Position numbers and translations under genes: made by a program | Notes under the pieces: generated by a model | Databases searched by the model: none | What the model was told of the DNA's origin: nothing | What the model saw: the letters and a program-made list of their open reading frames with translations, nothing else | DNA from: Felis catus | Lineage: Eukaryota | Assembly (NCBI RefSeq): GCF_018350175.1 | Contig: NC_058369.1 | Span: 4,466,001-4,530,000, forward strand | DNA length: 64,000 nucleotides | Reading direction: 5' to 3' | Shown: in pieces, positions 46,901-56,600 of the stretch | Position numbering within the stretch: the stretch's first letter is position 1 | Layout of the letters: the number at the start of each line of letters is the position of its first letter

Positions 46901-49900
46901 AACACCCACAAAAATAAAGCACCCCAGGGCCTCCAAGGAATCCGTGAATAAATGGATGCAAGGAACCTAGGTAGACCCTCGCCCTACCCTGGCCAGCGTC
47001 TCTCCCTCTAGTCTCGTCCGTCGTGTCCGGGGAAACGTTCCCCTCCCATAAGGGTGATCGGCACAGGTCCCCCAGTGAGCCCACCCGGGTCTGAGTCCCG
47101 GCACTCCCACTTGCTGGCCGTGTGGCCTGGGACAAGTTCCTCATCTTCTCAGGGCCTCAGTTTCCCCATCTGTAACAGGGAGACCAGAACGGCTTGTGCC
47201 TCTTAGAGATGCCTCACGGAGTAAATTACTTCAGATACTGTGTCGGGTGACTTGGGCTGCCTTAAAACCCCAGCAGTGGATTCCTTCCGGGTCTGGAGTT
47301 CAGGCGGGGCTCAGCGGGGAGTTTCTTTGGCCCCAGGAAGCATCAGCTGGTGCCTCCTGGCCCAAGAAGGGCACACTCACCTGTCTCACGTGGCCTGGGG
47401 TACCCCGCCATGCAGTGGCCCCGAGGTCACGAAACGTCGTGCGGCGGCTGGCTCCCCCAGAGGAAGCAACCTCGGGGACAGACGCAGAGGTTCAGTGTCT
47501 GAAGTTCAATGTCCAATGTCCCGCCTGTGAGGGGAAAGGAAAACACCGCAGCTCCGAACAGACGCACGGCAGGGACACCCACAGCATAAACACGGACACG
47601 CAGCGAGCCATACCCAGCCGTGCTAACATTCGCTGTTAAATCACATCACCATCTTTTTTAATGTTTACTTATTTTGGGGAGATAGAGGGAGACAGGGCAT
47701 GAGCAGGGAAGGGGCAGAGAGAGAGGAGGAGACACAGATTCTGAAAGCAGGCTCCAGGCTCTGAGCCGTCAGCACAGAGCACGACGCGGGGCTCGAACTC
47801 ACGGACCGTGAGATCATGACCCGAGCCCGAGTCGGACGCCCAACCGACTGAGCCACCCAGGTGCCCCACATCATCGTCTTTAAAGCAGGAAGTCAAAGCT
47901 AGCCCGGTGTTGTGAGTAGACACGACAGGTCCGGGTTTCTCCTACTTACAGGGTACTCTGTGCCAACATAAGCATGTGTGAACCCCTCACTAAACCCATT
48001 ACCTCCAGGGAAACTGCCGTGAACCCCTTTCACAGATAAGAAACCGAGGCTCAGACAGGGAAAATGACGTGCTCAACGTCCCTGGGCCAGGATCTGAACC
48101 CAGGAGGGTCGACACCAGGGGCCGACCTCATCGTCTACACATGCCAAGCCCCCTCCCTGGACGAATGGTTCCTGGGTGCCTCAGAGCACAGGCTGTAAGC
48201 AACGGGCTGGTGGAAAAGAAGGAAACTCCCTCCATCCTGAGGCCCAGGGGAAGAAGTGGGCCTGATCCCGAGGGCTCGCGATGGGCCAGTGCTTAGCAAA
48301 CTTCACCACACTTAAATGTCTCATCTCTCTCCTCCCTCCCTCAACAAACACGCATCAAGTCTGCACTGAACCAGTGAGGGCCCTCGGGAAGACAGGGAAT
48401 GAGCAGATAAAATCATGCGCGCTGTGGTGATGACATCCAGGGAATCAGGCAGACAACGGGAACTTCGGTTTGGGAGGCATGGGACGGCCTCTCTGAGTTG
48501 GTGACATTTAAGCAGAAATGTAATATTCAAGAAAGACTCAGTTGGGGGGAAAGCTGGAGAAAGAACATTCCGAGCAGATGGAACAGCATGTGCCAAGGCC
48601 CTGAGGCACGACCCTGCCTCGTGTGTCGGAGGAACAGCGTGGAGGCCCGTGTGGCTGAAATTAATGAGGTAATTCCTTGCCGGGGATTTACGAAACCAGT
48701 GAGAAATGCAGACTGCGAAATTATAGACCTGCCAAGACTTCACATCGAGGCATGCGGTGGAGAAAGAAAACCACGGATGGGCTAACTGCTGTGTGTTTGT
48801 GTGATGGGATTATGGGAGGCTGTTTGGTTTGCTGGACGGGAGAAGCCCCTGTGCCCATTTCACAGATGCGCAAAGAGCCCAGGGCCTCCTGGTGGGCAAG
48901 TAGTGGAGTCAGCATTTGATCCTGGGACACGTACTGAGTCCTTTGGATTTCTGACTCGCCATGAAGACGTTCTGATTCTAGGGCCCGTTGCTGGGTCCAA
49001 GGGGCTCTTCAAGCCCCAAAGCTGCCCACTATTTTCACAGCTCCCCTTAGCCTCGGGCAGGTTACCTCACTGCTCCGTGTTTCTATTTCCCCACCTGTCA
49101 AAGGTACAGAATCATAGCTACCGACCCCAGCATGCTACGACTTGCTGTTTACAAAGTAGGACAGCACTGCCGAGCACCCAGTCCGTGCTTTGTCAGCGTC
49201 CGTTAAATAATTGCACCGAAACGGCCCCCTGGCAAGGGCGGGGCACCCTGGGTGGTAAGCCCGACTTGTGTTCCAGATCACGTGGACGGCCGGAGCAGCA
49301 GCAAAGAACTGTGGCCTGTCTACTGCTGCACAAAAGCAGGAGGTGGTGGTCAGCTACCTCCCCCTCAGCCACATTGCGGCTCAGATGATGGACATCTGGG
49401 TCACCATGAAGATCGGGGCCTCCACCTACTTTGCTCAGCCAGACGCTCTCAAGGTAAGGCTGAGGGCAGCCCGGGGTTAGGGGGTGGTTTTGCCGAGTCC
49501 TCGATCCAGGGGCTCCTTCTCTATCTTACGCTCCAACACAGGAGCAGTGGAAATAGTTGACTACATTCTTTCAGTTTATGTCTTTATCCACGTCAGGGCA
49601 TCCCCACGTGGTTGTGTAGGTGGTACACTGAACCACCCCAAACTAACAATGTGACTGGTATTAAAAGCAGAACATATTGGGGGCGGCCAGGGTGGCTCAG
49701 TCGGTTGAATGTCTGACTTTGGCTCAGGTCATGATCTCACAGTTCATGAGTTCGAGTCCCGCGTCGGGCTGTGTGCTGATGGCTCAGAGCCTGGAGCCTG
49801 CTTGGGATTCTGCGTCTCCCCCTCTCTCTGCCCCTCCCCTGCTCACGCTTTGTCTCTCTGTCTCTCTCTCAAAAATAAACAAACATTTAAAAAAAATTTT

Positions 49901-50653
49901 TTTAAAGCAAAATGTATGTGTCTGTTAAGTCAGTATTCCCAGCACCAAAAAGCTCTAAAAAACCAAGTCTATCTCAAGGCCCTTTACCACATCTACAAAG
50001 TCCCTTCTGCTGTGAAAGAGAACATATTCACAGGTTCTGGGGTTAGGGTGCGACATTTTCAGGGGACCATGACTCTGCCCAGAGGCATCGAGCAGGCTAA
50101 GTCCTCCGGCCTTTGTGACTCCTTCTAGAAGATTCGTTCTCCTGTTGTTCTCATTTTGTTTTCGGTATCTCCTTGGCCCCCCTCCCACATCCCCCCGTGC
50201 TCGTGTCGGAGATGTTGTAGCCACTCGATGACAAACACTTTCTTTCCTGGCTGACTGCTTCATTGTACCCACACGCAGCTTCAAGATCCGAGACGTTCCT
50301 GTCCCTCCGCCTCCTTATCAACTCCGAATACTGCCAACAGTTTCCAAACCACCAACCCAACGGGTGATAAAGTATCTTAACGTATTACGAAACTGCCAGA
50401 CTGTTTCCACAGTGGCCGCCTCGTTTCATACTCCCCCCAGAGCGGCCACGGTACCGCTGTCCCTGCCGCGGCTGTCTCAGTGGCCGGAAGGCGGCGTGTG
50501 CATTTCCCTGATGACTAACGGTGTGTGTGGGGGGGGTGGGGGGAGTGCCGCCTCATGTGCTTGGTACCGGCTGTATACCTTCTTTGGGAGAACAAGTCTG
50601 TGCGAATCTTTTGCTCATTAAATTTTTTTTATTTATTCATTTTTGAGAGGGGG

Positions 50654-50699
<46 letters not shown>

Positions 50700-53600
50700 C
50701 AAGCAGGCTCCACAATGTCAGTGCAGAGCCCGACACGGGGCTTGAACTCACAAACCGTGAGATCGTGATCTGAGCCAAAACCAAGAGTCGGACGCTTCGC
50801 CGACTGAGCCACCCAGGCGCCCCTCTTTTGCTCATTTAAAAATTTGGTTGGGGCGCCTGGTCACGATCTCATGGTTCGTGGGTTCGAGCCCCATGTCAGG
50901 CTCCGCAGTGACTTAACTGAGCCTGCTTGGGATTCTCTCTCTCCCTCTCTGCCCCTCCCCTGCTCATGCTCGCTCTACCTCTCAAAATAAGTAAATACAA
51001 CTTAAAAAGAAATTTAAAATTTGGTTGTGTGTCTTCTTATGGTTGGGTTGTAACCAAATGCTGGTTTACAAGGACCTCCGGCCGGTATCGTGTCTTCTCA
51101 TTTTTAACTCCGATGAGGTCGTTTCTCTTTTCTTTCATGACTGTAGTGCCCTATGCAAGAGACCCCTGTCTGCCCCGGGGCCACACAGGTTTCTGTCGTG
51201 TGTCCCACAAAGCCTCTGCATCTTAGCTCTCACACTCAGGTCTGTGCTCCGTGTTGAGTTCACTTTTGTGTTTGATGAGAAGACACTAAGCTGGGCTCTT
51301 TTATTTTCCAGGATATGAACAGCCTTTCTTCCACCGGACTGCTCGTAAATGTACTCTGCCCCGTCGAACTGGACGTCCGTCCTTATGCCAGAACCGCACT
51401 GACCGGAGTTTTCTGGCTTTCTGGCAGGACGACCACCTTGCCCTGGTTTGCCTGGGACATCCCCAGTTTTATGACCGAAAGTCCCACGTTCCATGAACTC
51501 CTTCAGTTCTGAGCAAACCAGGGCAATTGCCCTGTTTTAGAATACATTGCAAAATCAAACAGTATTTCTTCCAATTCTGTTCTTCTCTTCCCAAACTGCT
51601 TTGGTCGTTCTTGGTCCTCTGCATTTCCATGTAAATTTTTAAGGTTGGCTTATCTATCTGTGTGGAAAAACCTGCCTGGATTTTGACAGGATTGCACTGA
51701 ACCCGTAAATCTGATCGGGAAAGAATCTTACATCCTTATTAACAGTTGTGCAAAATTCTACTCCAAGCTTGGGTCAGGTGTGGGTTGGTTGGTTTGTTTT
51801 TACCAGTCTGTGGGCTCCACCAAATCCCTAGAGAGCGTGCAAAACCTGATTGGCTACCAGCCAGCCAATGGGTTGGCTCCCTTGGGTGGGGAGCTCACCC
51901 TGGGCCAATCAGCAAAGAGAAAGTACTCCTGGGCTGAGCTGGATGGCTGGGGAGAGATGGACATGTGGGTTCCACTCGAGGTGCAGGTGCCGCTAGATCA
52001 GCTCGGTCTCTTGCAGGGCACCTTGATCGATACTCTGCAGGAGGTAAAGCCTACTGCCTTCCTGGGGGTGCCCCGAATCTGGGAGAAGATGCAGGAGAGG
52101 ATAAAGGAAACTGGCGCCAAATTCTCAAGCCTGAGGAAGAAGGTGTTTTCATGGGGAAGAGTTATTGGCTTCAAGATCAATACAAAAGGGATGTTGGGGT
52201 AGGTGCAGGGTCCAATGCGGCCAGGCCGGGAGAGGGCAGGGGGTGAAGGGGCTCAGCCTTCTCCAGCTGGCTCCCCACCCACTCCCATTTGGTTGTCCAT
52301 GACTGTTGACCCGTTCTTGGCATTCTTTTTTTTTGTCCTTGGCATTCTTAGTCACAGGACACATGATACTCCCATAAGCTACCGTGTGTCAGAGGCCCTC
52401 GTGTTCAGCAAAGTCAAGAGCGCCCTTGGCCTTGATCGCTGCCACTCTTTTATCAGCGGAGCCGCACCCCTCAACCAACAGACCGCTGAGTTCTTCCTAA
52501 GCCTGGACATACCCATAGGCCAGATGTACGGTATGAGTGAGAGCTCAGGGCCCCACACCGCATCCAGCCGGGAGAGCTACAGGATTCAAAGGTACCGGCC
52601 TCCTGGGCAGACCCCCAGCCCTCCAGCAACATGGGGGTCAGGGGTTAAAGGTGGGAGGGCAGGCAAGCCACTGAGCTAAGATGAACCCTGGCCTGAGTGT
52701 CCAGAATGGCCCCTGTTCTCCAGCCTCCAAGCCCTACATCCTCATGACCAAGGAAGCCCCCATGTGCCAGAGAGCCCACAGACAAGGACTCTTAGAATGT
52801 TCTGGGATCTCCCCCACTGTAATTTGTGAGTTCTGCCTGCAGACAGCCCTCCCAGGCTCACTCACCCCCCTCAGGTTCACCTCCTGAGACCTCAGGACCC
52901 TTCATCCCTGCCATGCTCCCCCCCCAAACACGTCCATGGGCCCCCATGGCTTCCTCCCAAGCTCAGCTGGTCCCAGGCTGCAGGAGTAGACCCAACGACA
53001 CTGAAACAGGAGGAACACCAAAGACGAGTTCTCTTTGGGTCTCACAGTCACAGGAGCTCCCACCATCTCTCTCTGACCCCTCGCTGCCGTCATATCACAA
53101 GTCCAGCTTGCCTTTCACGCTTGGCCAGGTTCCAACCGCCTCTGAACTTGGCAGAAAGTAAACTCAATCTTCCTAATATGGCGAAACCATCTCCTGCCTT
53201 TTGCTTTTACCCTGTGGGGGAGCTCTGCACCTCAACGTCCCCATCCCCCCTCCGAAGTCCCATCTGAGGCCTCTTTTTGGTGTAACCCACATGCCCACTG
53301 CAGTTTCTCCAAAACCAAAGGGCAGCCCTTCCCTAAAGAGAAGGGACCAGAGGAAAGGTGCAAGTCCCGGCCTCCATCTTTAAATAAATGAGGAATACAG
53401 GCCCTCGTCCCCAAACTCAGAAGGCATAAAATGACGCGGTGAAAAGCTCCCTCCCGCCCACCCCAAATCTCCAGTCTGCGATGTGAGTTTGCCACGGCCA
53501 CCATAACTAAGTCCCACAGACTCAAGCAAGGGAAACGTTTTCTTACAACTCCAGAGAACAGACGTCCAAGGCCAAGGTGTGGGCAGGCTGGCTCATTCTG

Positions 53601-56600
53601 AGGGTGATGGAGAATCTGCCCCAGGCCCTCCCCTGGCGTCTGGGGTGGGGCTTGGGGCTTGCTGGCCACCTCTGGCGTTCCAGGGCTTACAGACGCATCA
53701 CCCGGATCCCCGCCTTAATCTTCACATGGTTCCCCCCACACGGGTGTCTGAAGGAGAAACCTCCCCTTTCTAGAAAGACACCAGGCCGGCTGGACTGGGG
53801 GCCACCCTACTCCAGTAGGACCTCGTCTTAATGTAACTAATTACACTGGCAGTGACCCTACTTCCAAACACGGTCACGTTGTGAGATGCTGGGGGCTTGT
53901 GCCGCAACCTGTAGGGGGAGTGACGGGCACGATTCAGCCCCTAACGCCCTCCTGAGAGCAAAACCACCACAGCATTTCCTTTGAGTTAACCTCTGCATAA
54001 GCAGTGATGGGGACGTATCTACTTATATCCCAAACCAAAGCATTTTCCACGTGACAATGAACCCAAAACTCGTCTTCTCTCAACTGCTAGTTGCTCTCTG
54101 GAGCTTGGGAACCAAATGAAGCCAGATAACCCGGTGTCCTTCACTGTCTGGGTTTGTCATACAAACACCCAGTCTTGACTCACCAACCACGCTCAGCAAC
54201 CCAATGAATGGATCTGGCAGGTGAGAGATTCTTACCCGGTAGAGAACGTTCCCCTGTCTGGGCACACAGCTGCCCCGTCTTCAGCAGTCGCGTGGTATCC
54301 CGCTGGGGGCACGTACCCTCATTTACTCAACGGGGCCTTTTGTTGCTGGCTTTTTCTCCATCTTTCATCACCACAAACGACGCTGAAGCAAGCGCTTTGT
54401 ATACGTACAATATTATTGCGCTAAAAAAAAAAAAAAAAGTATCTCAACACAACTTTTCATTTACATTCCTTTTGTTATGAGTGAGGTTGAAAAAAAAAAT
54501 CTTTGCATATATTTAAAATCCACTTGTATTTCTTCTCCTCGGAACGCTCTACGCCCACCAGGTCCCGGAGAGGGTGAGACAGCAGATCCCGCGTGGGTCA
54601 GCTGAGCGGCGTTTGGAGCCTGGGCTGCAGACCCGGGCTGACCTGGGTGGGTGACCCGGTCTCTCTGTGCCCTGATTTCCCCCCTCCCGTCCCCCAGCAG
54701 CTGTGGCAAAGTCATGGATGGATGTAAGAACATGCTGTACCAGATGAACAAGGACAGCATAGGGGAGATCTGCATCTGGGGCCGGCACGTCTTCATGGGC
54801 TATCTGGATATGGAAGATAGGACCATGGAGATCATCGACGACGAAGGCTGGTTACACACCGGGGACCTGGGCTACACAGACAACCAGGGCTTCCTCTACA
54901 TCACCGGCCGCATCAAAGGTACTGGGGCTGGCCCCACAGGGGCTTCCTGTAGGCAGGCCAACCCTGAACCCTCACCAGCAAAGGCTCCCAGCCCCCCACC
55001 TTACCCGGGGAAGGGCCCCCACAGAGGTACAGTGACAACCCCTCTGCAGGTTTCAGCTCTTCCCTGGCGCCCAGCATTTGGCCCTGGAAAGAAGGGTCCC
55101 GGGGGAGACACCCATGCTAGCTCTGAGATCGACATAATTGTAACAATTCAGTGAGGATGAACGGAAACTGCTGTAGAGCAGGGATAAGCCAGCTCTTCCC
55201 TGATAAGGGCCTGAGAGCAAATAGTCTTTGGATCTGAGGGACAGAGAGCTGTGTCAGAGCTGCTCAACTCGGCCACTGGGGTACAAAGGCAGCCATGGGC
55301 AACATGTAGACAAACAGACGTGGCCGTGTCATATAATCCTCACGCGTCACAAATATTATGCTTTGAGTTTCCTTCCAACCGGTTAAAAGTATAAAAAACC
55401 AGGGGCACCTGGGTGGCTCAGTCGGTCGAGTATCTGACTCTTGGTTTCAGGTCATGATCCCCAGGGTCGTGGGATTGAGCCCTGCATCAGGCTCCATGCT
55501 AAGCACGGAGCCTGCTTAAAATTCCCACCCACCCTCCCCCGTGCTTCTCCCCCACTTGTGTGCGCTTCTGCATGCTCCCTCTCAAAAAATAAATAAAATA
55601 AATAAATAAATAAAATAAAATAAAATATAATATAATATATAAAATAAAATATAACATAAAATAAAATAAAATATAAAATAAAATAAAATAAATAAAATAA
55701 AATAAATAAAATATAAAATAAAATAAAAATTAAATTAAATTAAAAAAATAAAATAAAATAAATAAAATAAAATAAATAAAATATAAAATAAAATAAAAAT
55801 TAAATTAAATTTAAAAAATAAAATAAAATAAATTAAATAAAATAAATAAAAATAAAATAAATAAAACAAAATAAATAAAACAAAATAAAAATAAATAGAA
55901 ACCATTTTTAGCTCGTGGTCAGACAAAAACATGGAAGGTTGGACTGGACTGACAGTCTATAGTTTGCCAACCTCTGATGTTGAGAGAGCATTTGACAGTG
56001 AGCCTGACACAGGCAGTTAACTATTCAATACGCGGGCTATGTTAGCATCATTTCCATGATAAGCAACAGAAAACCCTTCTTATATACGTTTGAGTGACAA
56101 AGAGAAACTACTGGCACAAAAATGGAAAAGTCCAAAAAGGTCTCACTTCAGGCCTGGCTGGATCCAGGTGCCGAAACAACATCACAAGGAATTGGCATTA
56201 TCCTTCCCTTACTGAGCTGTCTTTGGTGTTGGGGTCCTTCTGGAAGAGGCTCTTCCCATTTGGTGACAAGATGGCCGCCAACAGTCAAGGCTCACCCTAA
56301 CCCTAAGGGACAGCAAAAGTCTTAGGCCTGACTCTCACTGGATCCCATTTCGAAAGGAATCGCTGTAGAGAATGGAATACACCGACTGGTCAGACCTGGC
56401 CACGTGCTCATCCTAGCAGTCCTGGCCCAAACCACAAGCGTGCACGATGGAGAAGAGTCCCCTACGGAAACAGCAGGGCTGGTTACCCGGAAGACGAGTC
56501 ACGGGCAAACACCAGCACAGGTGTCCGTCACACAATATTATTACTACTGCCGCAACAACCTCGGTACGGACAGCTGAAAGATAAGACCGATCTTGGGTGG

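Noticed and set aside
52199..52357. 159-nt intron (multiple of 3) as an in-frame retention candidate
   Set aside because: Retention reads GGG TAG, an immediate stop codon.
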